From Octopus bimaculoides (taxonomy: Eukaryota): a DNA stretch of 60,502 bases. Both the position numbers and the translations under genes were made by a program. A model generated the notes under the pieces. It was given only the letters and a program-made list of their open reading frames with translations. It was not told where the DNA came from and did not search any database. Shown here piece after piece: positions 1 through 12,758 of this stretch. The number at the start of each line of letters is the position of its first letter. Position 1 is the first letter of the stretch. The DNA is taken from NCBI RefSeq assembly GCF_001194135.2, contig NC_068981.1, positions 160,163,092 through 160,223,593 on the forward strand, given 5' to 3'.

Positions 1-250
1 GGGCTATGACCCTCTCCGTAACTTTCATAACCTGATCTAACAGCTTGATGCCTCTGTAATTATTTGTATCTAAAGCGTCACCTTTACCTTTGTAGCAGTT
101 GACTATGGTGCTGCTACACCAGTCATTGGGTATGACTCCTTCATGTATCACCTGGTTCGTAATACGGGTGACTAGGCTGTAGCCAACACTGCCAGATATT
201 TTGAGCATCTCTGCAGTGATTCCTGATGGGCCGGGGGCTTTCCCTGTCTT
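1..250 (-). mobile_element. RTE-clade LINE fragment (N-terminal part of RT), running off the window
   Basis: An open minus-strand frame reads [20 protein letters not shown]...VIPNDWCSSTIVNCYKGKGDALDTNNYRGIKLLDQVMKVTERVIA, typical non-LTR RT domains 0-1. Same family as 28739-30483. Confidence 0.9.
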
Positions 251-275
251 ATATACATATATGTACATATACATC

Positions 276-309
<34 letters not shown>

Positions 310-405
310 TTGACACATATATACACGCTTATGTATATATCCATATATCTACACACATATATATATAGATATACACTCACACACACACACACACACAAAC
401 ATGTA
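250..405. repeat. Compound (TA)n/(CA)n microsatellite
   Basis: Visible directly; it explains the spurious ORFs at 226-447. Confidence 0.95.
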
Positions 406-699
406 CATAAATACATTTTGAAAGTAATTGAAATTGAAACCATATAATAGTGAAAGTATTGATAGAGATCCTATTGTTTCACTTTTGACATGTAATATGG
501 AAACAGTACAAGAGATAAGAGGTTGCTCTGGGCTTGCATTAGGCAAGAAGTTGAAAATTTGTTTTGGCCCATGACACTGCATAGACCCTAAGTAAGGCAT
601 GTGGAAAATTTGAATGAAATCCATTCGGTGGTTCTCAAGTTTTAGTGATGCACACATACCGACGAACACACATTCTCAGCTTTATATTTATAGATATTT

Positions 700-842
700 A
701 TGGTGGGCTTCTTTCAGTTTCTGTCTACCAAATCCACTCACATGGCTTTGGTTGGCCTGAGGCTATACTAGAAGACACTTGCTACAATGGAACTGAACCC
801 AGAACCATGTGATTAGGAAGCAAACTTCTTGCCACACAGCCT
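700..842 (-). mobile_element. tRNA-derived SINE (family A), head and core
   Basis: Reverse complement gives ggctgtgtggcaagaagtttgcttcc...ggttcagttcc...caaagccatgtgagtggatttggtagacagaaactgaaagaagccc, shared with more than 10 copies in the window. Confidence 0.85.
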
Positions 843-2339
843 CATCTTTGTTTATGAATAATAAATGAAAAAAACAAGTAATTTTAATTAAAGAATTTAC
901 ATGATTAATGCATACATTCAACACACTTTGTAAAAAATTTGGATTTCTTTTTGCCTGGAAACCTGTTAAATTAGTAGTTGTAATTTTGATTCCTTTTCTC
1001 GTGTATTTGATTCTTCTCATTTATACTACCAAATTGATTTTAGATGTAAGACAAAATATCCCCTTTAATTGTTTTCCATCTTGCTGTGAGGTTATTAAAG
1101 ATGCATGAGTTAGGAATTGTTAACTCATTTATTGATCTTCCTTCATTCAGCTTTGTCTTGAGGCAATCGTGTAATTAGCTCTCGTTTAACTCCCCTATTC
1201 TAAGTCTTCGCTTTTCATTGGTTTCTTCTAGGTTCTACAATAATTAGATTGAAATAATACTTCATAAGAAATAAAAACACTAGAGATTGATGAAATTACT
1301 GAATACCATTTCAATAAAATCCATGAAATAAAATACATTTTTTTTTTTAAATAAAGAGCCCAATAGAATTCTGTAACTTCTTTTCATTATCCCTATTAAT
1401 CATTCTCATTATGATAATAGCAATCCAATTGTCTTCATTGTATAGAACTACTGATACAAATAATTGCTTTATATTGGCTTTATTGTGATCTTCTTCAAAT
1501 TAAGATAGATTTCACATCCACATTACAGTTGAGTGACTTGTTTTAGGAATTTGAATTTAGATATCCAGGTCATTCAAATTTTGAGTTGTATTCATCCCAT
1601 GTTATATTTAAAATGAGTTTAAAAGTCCTGTTTTTTTTTAATTATATTGGTTCAGTATTAGTGTAAAATTATTGTTACTTTAGATTCAGTTGTTTTTAAG
1701 AGTTATTTGCTGGTCTTTTTTTTTATGATAATTTCAGCATATTTCCATTTGTAATAGTACATTTTTTTTTTATATATACTATATTATTATTATTTTTTCC
1801 TTATATATACTGTATTATTTCCTTATATATACTATACTATTTGTTCCACTATTTTTAAAGTAGCTAAAAATCTTGGTTTATCTCATTGGGGCAATCTGTA
1901 TAAATTTTAAAGTAAAATGCTTGTTGACATGGAAGACAAACTTTCTTAGCTACTAATAGTACTAAAACATTTCATTGTATAATTAATGATGCATTTCCTA
2001 TTTTGGATTAAAATAAATCAAAATAAGAACTTTGTAATAAATCAGCTTTACTTTAGCTAGCATCCTTGTCTTATACATCAATTCTAAACACAAATAAATG
2101 AATTAAGAGATTTCTTTACAAATTAAAACTGAAACTATATTCTTGACAGAGAATGATTTTCTTGAACTTTATATGTTGCTTCTTCCTTCAACATAGCATC
2201 AAAACTTAAAATCATATGATCCTATTTACTGTCTATGTTAAAAAAATTTGGCCTGTTCATTGCAAATATAGATATATTTTCTCATTTTCAATTTTTTTCC
2301 ACTTGCTGGGTGTGGAGGAAGAGATAGTACTCATGATCT

Positions 2340-3120
2340 TTAGAGGCCCTCCAAGACTGATGAGATTGATGTCATTAATGTTCCATTTAAACTGTTGCAA
2401 GCAAACACCTGCAAGAAAGACATGGGCAGGGAGGAGATTTCAGAGGGATGAAGTTCTGGGGAGGAAAGGCTAGGCATAGCAAGGGGCTGGGTGCAAAGTT
2501 GGACACAACAAGGGTCATAAGAGGTGGAGAGACATCCTATGTTAAGGCTGTACTTCTGCCAGGACAGATCTTTAGTAATAGTGAGGCCTAATTTTTGGCT
2601 GTGAAAGCTCCAGGTGAGTGCCACTCATGTTTTAGTTGTTTAGTTTTTTTTGGTCTTCTTTTTTTTTTTATTGTACCTAAGTGGGTTGGGAGTGCCTGAG
2701 TAGTGGAGGTACAAGATTAGAGAGCTCTGAGAAATAAAGACCTTTATAATAGCAATAGAAAAGACAGAAGAGATAGTATCCCTTGGAGCTGGTGGCTGGA
2801 GCATGTTTGTGAGTATTTTAATGTCAGTCAGTTGAGTGGCTCTTCTCTGGATGTGTTTCAAGATGTTTGTGTGTATAGCAGTAACACTGTCCCACATGTG
2901 AGAGCAACACTCCATTGTGAACCTCACTTGAGCTTTGAAGAGTGTTTGCAAATTTTGGGGCTGAAATATCTTCTGGCTTAATGGCTTGATGAGAAGTCAT
3001 TCTTTTGGATATTGTCTTAGCTATGTTAAAGAAGTGCTTTTGCCAGAAAAGATCCTTGGTGATGGTGAGACTTTGGATCTGGAGTGACTGGAGGATGTAA
3101 GCTGAGTTCTGCTCATATTT
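2340..3120 (-). mobile_element. Decayed CR1/L2-group LINE 3' fragment (RT thumb and C-terminus), internally rearranged
   Basis: Frameshifted peptides LTITKDLFWQK..NIAKTISKR, TLFKAQVRFTMECCSHMW...ILKHIQRRATQL...LQP, LGLTITKDLSWQK and PRTSSL.NLLPAHVF...FKWNINDINLISL. Confidence 0.75.
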
Positions 3121-3698
3121 AGTTGCTTCTGTTTGTTCATATTTTTGTTTTTGTTAATTTACAATATCACAACTGGCACATGTGAAAACTATTCTAGATC
3201 ATATAATTATTTATTTTCCAATATGAAATACAAATTTCATAATTTTATTTGAAACTTACAGTTTCACTAATTTGTGTGTATTCTACTTGTATAAAATATT
3301 CTGAAGAGCACTAATTAGTTGATCAGCTGATTAGGTTGGTTTTCTACTGATTTACTTTCTGTGCTTGAAATAAGACCAAAATATTCAGGTTCCCTTTTTA
3401 AAAAAAAAATGTTCATTAGTAAATTGAATTTGTCTTTATATCCTAATTACCTTGTCTTTTAACTAAATAGCTATATTTTTCAGTTCAATACTAATTATTG
3501 ATTATATTGTTCAATGTGTTGATCAGTTTTAATCTTAAAAATAGGTGGGTTGATGTCAACTTATCCATTATTCAATTAACACATTACATTAAGATCAGTA
3601 ATCTCATCTGTTCTTTACATTATAGTAATGATTTTCTCAATAATAATTAGAATTTTAAAAATGTATTTTCTAAAAATTTGCTTATTATTCTTTTGCAG

Positions 3699-3919
3699 AG
3701 CTTTTGGATTTGAATCCATTACCAAAGACTGCTTTGAAAAACAAAGAATATGAAGACTTATATAAATTTAGTCACTTCAATCCAGTGCAGACACAAATTT
3801 TTCACACACTTTACCACACTGACTCCAACATTCTTTTAGGAGCACCAACAGGTTCTGGCAAAACAGTTGCTGCAGAAATTGCAATCTTTAGAGTGTTCCA
3901 GGTTTACAAGAAGGCTAAG
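3699..3919 (+). CDS. ASCC3: ASCC3 helicase internal exon (first in window); Q-motif region and Walker A of the C-terminal helicase cassette
   Basis: Acceptor ttttgcAG|3699 and donor 3919|GTattt. Translates (E)[73 protein letters not shown], closely matching the ASCC3 second cassette as I recall it. Confidence 0.95.
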
Positions 3920-3980
3920 GTATTTCCATAATTAAATCAAAACTGCTTCTACTCACCCTTAGACATCATTATCGTTGCTG

Positions 3981-4011
<31 letters not shown>

Positions 4012-4569
4012 ATCAATTTTTATTTTTGTGTTGGCACAAATTAAATGGGTATGTAGTACTGTCTATAAATGATTTATCAAACTGAGTCCTCTCAGTTATG
4101 AGTCTTCACTTTCTGAAATCTGTCATCACTTCTTTTGACGATTACCTTGTGCTTTTTCAGCATAGCAGATGTTGTTTAGTCTTCTTTCCTTACGTATATT
4201 CAGCAACTTTTTCACTTCGCTTCTATTCAGTTTTGCATATCTGTATCAATTGTATTTAATTCTTTCCTCTTTAGTCTCCGCTAATCTTCACACAACACAC
4301 ACGGTACCATATAACATTTACTTTTTATATATCCTTCATACAGCCTACTATTTGTTACCATCAGAAACACCACTTCTCTAATCTTTTCCCTCTTCAACCT
4401 GTTTTTTTTTTTTTTTGTAACATTAGCTACTATATAATCACCCGTATCACTTTCAACTTTACTTATATTATTTAGTGGGAAACAATTCATCCAGCTCATT
4501 TGTTTTTCTCTCTGGTGTTTATATCATTTGTTGGCATATATACCCAAAAGATATGTATGTAAACTCACA

Positions 4570-4750
4570 CTCATACAGGGCTTTTTCACAGTGTCTGTGC
4601 AATTCCATTTGTAAGGCTTTGGTCAACCTGAAGTTAGAGCAGAGGACACTTGCCCAAGGTGCCACCCAATGAGAGTGTAAGGCAGTGGTCATCCTGAGGT
4701 TAGAACTGAGGACACTTGCCCAAAGTGCTACCCAGAACCACATAGTTAAC
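4570..4750 (-). mobile_element. SINE family A fragment with an internal ~66-bp tandem duplication
   Basis: ggtca(a/t)cctga(a/g)gttaga..gaggacacttgccca appears at about 4621 and again at about 4687. Confidence 0.7.
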
Positions 4751-5139
4751 TTTATGACCATGCCTGCATCTCCAACTCTGCATAATTTCTTCTAAAGAAA
4801 TTATTCATTGATTTAATTTAATTAACTCATCTCAGTCTCTTCCTGCTACATGCATCTTCAACTGTGCAGGTATGGTACAAAAACCTTCCTCCCTTGTTTA
4901 GATGCATATTAACTAGTAAAGCTGAGCTGGTGATAAGATGTTTTTATGTAGCTAATGTTTTATGTTTTGTTTTTTTTTTCTATTAGCATCAGAGTTTGGA
5001 CTGGTGCACATTGTGTGTTTTCTGTTGAAATGTTTGTCAGCCTGTAAAAGGTGGGGGGTTTCTTTGCCATGCCCTGTATATGTCATGTGCATCAACAATA
5101 GCGCACCCAGTCCACATAAAATGTACTGGTCCACATAAC

Positions 5140-5320
5140 AAGCACCTGTGCTGGTGCCACGTAAAAAATAGCCAGCACACTCTGTAAAGTAGTTGGCGTT
5201 AGGAAGGGCATCCAACCATAGAAGCCAAGCCAAATCAGACTGGAACCTCAATTTGTCAGTTCATGTTAAACCATCCTTCCCATGCCAGCATGAAAAGAGG
5301 GGCATTAAATGATGACAATG
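5140..5320 (+). mobile_element. RTE-tail-type short element (family B)
   Basis: gttggcgttaggaagggcatcc...ccatgccagcatgaaaagagg...ttaaatgatgac. Confidence 0.8.
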
Positions 5321-5462
5321 GTGTTGATAATGAACATGTGCTAAGCTTTACTCTGATCTTTCTTTCTAAATGACAGGTTTTCCTTTGCACTAATTAAACC
5401 CAGTCTAAACTTAGCATATTTCACTCCTTATTTCACTTGATTAATTTGCTCCCCCCCCCCCC

Positions 5463-5478
5463 NNNNNNNNNNNNNNNN
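5463..5478. other. Assembly gap (16 N) inside a poly-C run
   Basis: N run. Confidence 1.
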
Positions 5479-6391
5479 CCCTCTCTCGATTTGGAATTCT
5501 ACAAGCATGTTCTTTGTCTAAACTTCAAATAATTGTGTAGGATTTTTTGACCATCTTTTACAAAGGTTCTGCAGAAACTAGTGTTGGTGTGTTTTGTCAA
5601 AAATTATTTAAATAAGTTCATATCTTCAAATGTCAAGAGTACTACTAAGCAAATGCTTAGTGCTTTACTAAACATGAAAACTTATTCTAGTTTTCAAATA
5701 AGAGCTTTGATTGAAATATCAGTATTCATGCCCCTCGGTTGTGTATTTCTAGCCTGGTTTTGTTTTTAAGCAAAAATATTGTCTGTCTCTTTGAGAATAT
5801 CTAAAGAACATCAATGTGCAATAATAACTTTTCCAGATTTTTTCTTTTTTATTCATATGTGCCTGATTGTATTGTTTTGAGTGCCGAACTGCTCTCTGTT
5901 TTGGAAACTCTTTCTAGAAAATTTTATTTCTTTCTTTAATTTCTAATAACATCTGCTGTAAAAAATTATACTTATGTCTCTAAACTGCCAAATGTGAAAC
6001 AATTTAACTATTTTCATTCAGTTTCAATGGGTGCATTGTTAATGTGCTGAAGTACTTAGTAACTGACATTGTGTTGAGTAAAGACACTAATTTTCTTATA
6101 CCTACCTGTCTGCATAGGTAAAACAAATGCCACTCCCATTCTTGTGACTACAATAGTAGGTTAAAATCTTAACTATGCAATTATTGGCATACTTTTATTA
6201 AACAAACACAAACACTCTCTCTCTCTCTCTCTCTCTCTCATTCCAAATGGTTCGTATTAGACATCCAATGCTGGAATTACCATACATTCCAAGCTAATAT
6301 AAAAAAAAAAAACTAAACAATAGAAATAAAAATATCTTATCTATCCCTTTACTTCTGTACAGTTATTTTCTAATGCTTTAATTTCTTTCAG

Positions 6392-6477
6392 GCTGTTTAC
6401 ATTGCACCACTAAAAGCTTTAGTCAGAGAAAGAATAACTGATTGGAAAGTGAGAATTGAACAGAAACTGGGTAAAAA
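6392..6477 (+). CDS. ASCC3: ASCC3 internal exon (motif Ia)
   Basis: tttcAG|6392 and 6477|GTAAGT. Translates AVYIAPLKALVRERITDWKVRIEQKLGK(K). Starts phase 0, ends phase 2. Not in the ORF track. Confidence 0.95.
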
Positions 6478-6744
6478 GTAAGTTTCATGATTTCAAAGCA
6501 TTAAATTTGCCAAGTTATTGCAGTATTTATTTATTCATTTATTTTGATAATGACTTAGAGGAGAAAGGACAACCCCCATGATCTATTTCAGAGTCTTTGA
6601 GATTGGTGAGAAGACAGCAGGAGACAAAGAACTGGTCTGAATGCTTATAAAAGAGTGGCTTTTATAAGGCATTGATTGATCTGAGGCGAATGTAAAAAAA
6701 ACACTTGCTGAAGGAGGTGCAGTAGAATTGAATCCGGAAATGTG

Positions 6745-6962
6745 TATGAGAGGGTGCTGAAAAGTCCTTGGCTTTAAGGGTATCACAAAAGGCCTGGTTG
6801 GAGGCTCAACCTTCTGAGTTCTTTTAGAAAAACAGGAGGACTGTTGCAATAAGTGTGTGACTCTGAGAATGGAATATGTTAAATAAAACCATCATAAACT
6901 AATCCTCCTGTATTTTCTTTTACCCAAAGCCAGGAACTTTTCAGCACCACCACCCCCTCATA
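6745..6962 (+). mobile_element. Mariner-derived MITE, copy 1
   Basis: TA-flanked TIRs (tatgagagggtgctgaaaagtccttggcttt / aaagccaggaacttttcagcacc...ctcata). It keeps the transposase C-terminal relic NKCVTLRMEYVK*. A second copy lies at 22328-22546. Confidence 0.85.
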
Positions 6963-7054
6963 GTTGTGAAGCAGATTTCTGACTGAATCTTGGGGTTAGT
7001 AGCCTGTGCTCTTAACCACTATGCCATATGCCTGTGGGCAATTATGGAATGAAT

Positions 7055-7815
7055 TTTAGGGCTTATAAATCTAATATTTTCCTATCCTTCCTTACTATTG
7101 GTTCCCATATGCTACTCATATCTGCACTCAATCTGCTTAGGAGGTTGTTGTGTCCTAGCATATGTGCTGCTTCTTTTAGTTTTCGTATTTTCCAGTGATG
7201 TTTTCTGTCTATTATTTTAACTTCATCCCACAGGGGGAGGTGGTCTCCATTTTTTCCATACATGATCAGCTATACCCGATTTATCAATATCTTCTCGTGT
7301 CACAGCTTTGCAATGTTTCTCTACCCATATTTGGAGGGGGCAGCATGTTTCGCCTTTGTATAACCTACCACAGCTGCATGGGATGGAGTATTTGTGGTTT
7401 TACTCGAAGGAGATATTTGCAAAGTGTTGTATTACTCTTGAATACTGTCCTGATGTCATATGGGCCGCATATCTTTTGTATCTTTTCAGAGAGGCCTTTC
7501 ACATAGGGTAGACAGACTGTGGACAGTTCATTGGTTTCATCCTGTCTATTCTTCATAATTGGAGTGGATAGCATGTTTTGGGGGTAGTTGTTGCTTAATA
7601 GATTGTTACTGAGTTTGATCATTTCTTTGTGGTGGGTATCACGATTGCTACTTATATTCTTTGCTCGATGTTTTAGGCACTGAGCAATCCCTCTTTTTAC
7701 ACTGTATGGATGGTGAGAATTGAAGTTGAGGTATCGTCCAGTGAATTGAAGTTGAGGTATCTTCAAATGTAAATAATGTACATAATTCCTCATCTCTTAA
7801 ATATATAACTGTAGG
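7055..7815 (-). mobile_element. Penelope-like element fragment (post-RT region and GIY-YIG endonuclease)
   Basis: Reads YLNFNSHHPYSVKRGIAQCLKHRAKNISS...NNYP...VCLPYVKGLSEKIQKICGPYDIRTVFKSNTTL, then SIPCSCGRLYKGET...H...KSGIADHVW and WDEVKIIDRKHHWKIRKLKEAAHM. Confidence 0.88.
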
Positions 7816-8737
7816 GTTTTACTGTATTTACTTATATCTACACATTTTCATCATTTCATTCCCCAATCAACATAGTATAGCTGTAAATATTAAAAATTTT
7901 CTCATCTTTTAAGGCAAGGTTAACAGCTAGAAAAGTGCTGATACTATTTCTAGCCCACATTCAGGCTCCCTCATTGGCTCTTTCAGTCAAGATGCAGTTA
8001 GCTGAGTTAATAATGTGCTGGTTTATTGTCCTGGAAAAAATTGTTAAACTAGTTGCCCAATACATCAAAATATAACTAGATACCTTACTGACTTGCAGTT
8101 CATTGTTGTGAATTGTACGAGCATCATACAATCAACAGGTAGTTAGTTAGCTTGCAGTGATAAATTCAAATCTTCCTTGACTGGTGTCTTATTCTGATAT
8201 CTCTTAAATCCTTAACTCTTTTGATATAAACTTGTCTGAGACACCCTTGGTTCTATTATATATACTTCATGTCTTAAAATTGTAGTCTTCCATAAAAATT
8301 TCTTATTAATATTTGTTCCAAGCTTCAGCTAAATTTTTCATTATTTTAAAAATTAATTGAAATAAAAAGTGTATTTCAACAGAAATTTGCTAACAAAAGG
8401 GTTAATGTCTTGAAAAATAGTGAGATGAGCAATAACTGACAGCAAACTGTAGTGAGTATATGAAAGGAGCAATTTATTACTTCTTTCTTGAGTTATTAAA
8501 TTTAATAATTTAATGTAAGCAACTTATTATATTGAACAATAATCATTACAAATTTATTATTAGGCATATCAAGGTATTAACATAGCAGAATCACAAGAGC
8601 AGCAGGTAGAATAGCTGGCAGTATTTAGTTATGTCCCTTTATGTTTTGAGCTTAGCTTTTCGTTTTCCAGATACATTAAAAATATGGTTACAGTTGGTGA
8701 AAAAAGAACTGGTCAAGTACTGGAGATCAGTCACCCA

Positions 8738-9452
8738 TACTGACATATATCCTCGTGTAAAAGTTGAATTTTTTAGACCATTTTTTATGGTCAAATTTAT
8801 GGGGTTGACTATTACATGGATACTACTTTTGAGGGGCTGAATTTCAAGCTAGAATCCAAAGTACTGTATCAGCAGCAGAAACCCAACTGAAATTGCAGTA
8901 ATATTACCAATTCTATGCATCAAAACATATGTCCTAGTAAAATATAAAGGTTGCATGGGAACCACTAGCGATTAATTGAATGTTTTTAGGCTTACCAAAG
9001 TCATACCTTTATAGGAATTCAGACAGTGGCATTGCCAGTGTTCACCAATAGGGCTGTCTGTGAAATATGTTTTTCACCATGTAAACAAGTGTATGACACA
9101 TGTGTTTATTGTGCTTGAAGATGTATGCAGGCTTGCAGTATATCCTGTGCATACATTTTAGTATTGATGATGTAGCACCCTTCAACAGATGTGTAGTGCT
9201 CACTATTAAATGGTGTTTTACTATAAGCACCGAGCATTTCATTATAAGCACCAAGCATTCCACCTATAGAGCAATTTTGTAACAGTGTTATTTTTACATA
9301 CAGGATAACACAGTACCTTGACCCATAAACGTTGTCCTGTTCATAATAGGATCAACTTTTATACAGGGTCTATGGAAAATTCCCAATTTTTTGGCCAAAA
9401 ATAGTGGGGCTGATTTTACATGAGATTGATTATTACTCTAGTATATAAAGTA
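8738..9452. mobile_element. Non-autonomous pogo/Tc1-type DNA transposon (decayed)
   Basis: Degenerate terminal inverted repeats tactgacatatatcctcgtgtaaaagttga... and ...tattactctagtatataaagta, with TA ends. Confidence 0.5.
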
Positions 9453-10007
9453 TATCTTCTTCCTTGAAAATGTGCAGTCTTGTACCTATTCAAGATTTAC
9501 TACTGGAGATAGTACAAGTTATAGAGTACTATATTAGATGCTTTATAATTTGGTTTTTCTCATGTTACAATTTATATCCTGCTAGGTCCAACTTATTATT
9601 CTTCCATCAGCTACCTATATTAGAACATGACTGAAGTCAAGTCAGTTGACAAAAACTATTCTCCCAATACTAGATATATATGAAGGCAAACATAGTTGTG
9701 TCGGAAAGAAGTCACACTACACAGCAATTTTGACAAATGTCTTCCACAATATCTCATGTCAAACAAAGCTTTGTGAGTGAAATTGGATTGACAGAAACTG
9801 TAAGGTGGTTCATCAGAGTTCAGCAGAGAAAACAGAATTGGTGTATTAAAAAAGAAAAGGAAACTCCTAAACCCTTGCTGTGTATCGTGTTATCCTAGTT
9901 ACATCCCTTTATGCACATATACATGTTAAATTTGTCTTTCATTCTTATATATGTCATTAAAATAAGTACCAGTATGATTGTAGTCTAATGACTGAAACCA
10001 ATAGGTG

Positions 10008-10138
10008 CAGAGATGGCTGTGTGGTTAAGATGTTTGCTTTCCAATTACATGGTTTCAGTTTCAGTCCCACTGTATGGCACCTTGGGCAAGTGTTTTCTGC
10101 TGTAGTCTGGGTCAACAAAAACCTTGTCCAAGAATCTT

Positions 10139-10176
<38 letters not shown>

Positions 10177-10342
10177 CTCCGTGTCTTTACATTGCTTGGA
10201 TGTCATTCATTTCCAGTATTCTATGTAAACATATCTGATCATGGATTGACAACTGGGAGGGTATCTGGCTGTAGAAAATCTGCTCTTTCCCAGGCAAGCA
10301 CAGAAAAGTGAACATTAAAATGTTGATGATGATGATGATGTG
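10008..10342 (+). mobile_element. Composite SINE: family A tRNA head, (GT)n, RTE-type (GAT)n tail
   Basis: A-box-like tggctgtgtggttaag, B-box-like gtttcagtccc, core ggcaccttgggcaagtg and tail ...aaaagtgaacattaaaatgttgatgatgatg. Confidence 0.75.
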
Positions 10343-10439
10343 TAAACTTTACAATGCTTAGCTAGTACTTGTTACTGAGAATAACTTGATAGGTTGTCCA
10401 GTGCTATGGCAAATTGTTTAAAGTGCCTTTGTAATCTAA

Positions 10440-10680
10440 GTGTCTGCACTTAGGCGACATTTTGACCCTGGCAAAACATTCAGGATGTGACAACTGGAAA
10501 GAGAGAGGATTGCAAAATGAATATCAGCAGTTGGCTGGTATTCAGTTTCAACTGAGTAAACTGGAGCAGTGTGAAATTATGTACTTTCTTTAGAGAATAC
10601 AACATGCCAACAGGTCTTGGAATTGAACTCAGATAAGTTTGATCATTAGCTCAGCACCTTAACAATTAAGCTGCATGCCT
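10440..10680 (-). mobile_element. Decayed tRNA-derived SINE of another family (CORE-like central domain)
   Basis: Minus strand reads ttaaggtgctgagctaatgatc...gagttcaattcc...cacactgctccagtttactcagttgaaactgaatacc. Confidence 0.5.
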
Positions 10681-10741
10681 TTACATAACCACACATACAC
10701 ACATGTGCATGCTTGTGTGTGTGTAAGTATATGTCAAGCAC

Positions 10742-10902
10742 CCACTACACTCTCTGAGTAGTTGGCGTTAGGAAGGGCATCCAGCTGTAGAAACTCTGCC
10801 AGATCAGATTGGAGCCTGGTGTAGCCATCTGGTTTCACCAGTCCTCAGTCAAATCGTCCAACCCATGCTAGCATGGAAAGTGGATGTTAAATGATGATGA
10901 TG
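10742..10902 (+). mobile_element. Family B short element (RTE 3'-end-like), young copy
   Basis: gttggcgttaggaagggcatccagctgtagaaactctgcc...ctcagtcaaatcgtccaacccatgctagcatggaaagtggatgttaaatgatgatgat. Near-identical to 26957-27103 and 42986-43143. Confidence 0.9.
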
Positions 10903-11600
10903 ATTTTACATCTGCTTTCCATGATGGTTGCATTGTGCTCCAATGTCTCAGTTTTGGCATGATTTCTATGGCTGGATATTCTTCTACTTTGCAAAGTGTA
11001 TTGGGTGCTTCCTTTTTGGTGCTGTTATTAGTGAGATTGCCTTCCAACTTGCAAAGCTGGAGAGTCTAGAATTTCCTCACAACTGAAAAGGAGAGGGAAG
11101 AGAGACAGTAATGATTTTAGGCAAAGTGAGGAGAGGATAGTGTCTGAAGAGAAGAACAAATTTATTGTTGTGGATGGGTGGCTGGTAGTGGGGAGAGTAA
11201 CAGGGATGGAGTATTGAAGGGACAGGGGAAAGAAGGGATTAATGTCAAGGATTAGTACGAAAGAGAGGAACGTATAGTAAGGATGATGTGGGTGGAATGT
11301 GTAGCACGGGATACATTGCTTTCCCACAAAACTGGGGTGAATAAGGGCAGAAGGTACAGGAAGAAAGGAACATTAACGAAAGATATGAAGGTAGCTAGAA
11401 TATGGAAAGGCTTATGGAAGGAAAGAAAGATGTAGATGGGTTGGTGAGGGAGAGATAAGAGGGGTGTTGAGGTGACAAAGAAGCTCTGAAGAGAAGTCAG
11501 AGAAAAAGAGACTGGTAAGTACTAGTGAAAGCATACTGGCTGGGTAGGCAGTGGAAAGAAGGCAGTGAGCAAAAGAAAGGCAAGTAGAAGCAAGAGCATC
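10903..11600 (-). mobile_element. Older family B variant fused tail-to-tail with the previous copy, followed by a ~550-bp purine-rich tract
   Basis: acatctgctttccatg...gctggatattcttc...ttgcaaag, then a GA-rich non-periodic stretch at 11060-11600. Confidence 0.55.
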
Positions 11601-11784
11601 CCAGCTTTTAACACTTGCTTTGTTAGTGTTCTCTTACCTGAGAGTGTGTTTTCTCCAATACAATGAATCACAACATGTCTAAGTTATCTCTTGTCTTTTT
11701 TGAGAGGTTCAACATCTATCTGTCTGTCTGTCTGTCTGTAGATAGATAGGTAGATAGATAGATAGATATAAATGTATAAGCAAA

Positions 11785-12170
11785 CACATGGCTATGTGGT
11801 TGAGATATTTGTATCCCCCAGCCAAATGGTTTCATGCTTGGTCCCACTGGATGGCAGCTTGACCAAATGTTTTCTATTATAGAATCAGGCCTTTCAAAGC
11901 TTTGTGAGTGGATTTGGAAGATGGAAACTGAAAGAAGCCTATCAAATATCTATATAAGAGCATGTATGTGTTTGTGTCTTCCTTGTTTTGATATGGTGTG
12001 ATCGTTGTGAGTGAGTGTCATTCATTTCCAATATTTTGTGGAAACATGTCTGGCCATGGAGAAATATTACCTTGCTTGGTGACATGAAGGGCATCCAGCC
12101 ATAGAAAATATACCTTATTAGATTCCATGCAAGCATGGAAAAGTGGATGTTAAATTGATGATGATGATGA
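11785..12170 (+). mobile_element. Composite SINE: family A head with RTE-type (GAT)n tail
   Basis: Head and core are as in family A. The 3' part is gaagggcatccagccatagaaaa...ccatgcaagcatggaaaagtggatgttaaattgatgatgatgatga. Confidence 0.8.
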
Positions 12171-12264
12171 GACACTCTCACATGTACATAAGTAAGACAT
12201 ACAATTTTTCTTTTATCATCATCATCATCGTTTAACGTCCGCTTTCCATGCTAGCATGGGTTGG

Positions 12265-12625
12265 NNNNNNNNNNNNNNNNNNNNNNNNNNNNNNNNNNNN
12301 NNNNNNNNNNNNNNNNNNNNNNNNNNNNNNNNNNNNNNNNNNNNNNNNNNNNNNNNNNNNNNNNNNNNNNNNNNNNNNNNNNNNNNNNNNNNNNNNNNNN
12401 NNNNNNNNNNNNNNNNNNNNNNNNNNNNNNNNNNNNNNNNNNNNNNNNNNNNNNNNNNNNNNNNNNNNNNNNNNNNNNNNNNNNNNNNNNNNNNNNNNNN
12501 NNNNNNNNNNNNNNNNNNNNNNNNNNNNNNNNNNNNNNNNNNNNNNNNNNNNNNNNNNNNNNNNNNNNNNNNNNNNNNNNNNNNNNNNNNNNNNNNNNNN
12601 NNNNNNNNNNNNNNNNNNNNNNNNN
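12265..12625. other. Assembly gap (361 N) between a family B tail (-) and a family A SINE (+)
   Basis: N run. Confidence 1.
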
Positions 12626-12727
12626 GTGGCACCTTGGGCAAGTATCTTCTACTTTAGCCTCGGGCCAACCAAAGCCTTGTGAGTGGATTTTGTAGACGGA
12701 AACTGAAAGAAGCCTGTCGTATATATG

Positions 12728-12758
<31 letters not shown>

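Noticed and set aside
1-13. The first 13 bases equal 30471-30483, so the two RTE pieces look like halves of one element
   Set aside because: Position 1 is the window edge, not a demonstrated biological breakpoint. The match only shows the same family.
10008-10080. SINE heads as tRNA genes
   Set aside because: Only degenerate A/B boxes are present; there is no cloverleaf and the heads run into SINE core sequence.
11028-11327. S/L/P-rich ORFs in skewed tracts (also 15716-16075 and 34780-35511)
   Set aside because: They are low-complexity, stop-poor sequence with no recognisable domain.
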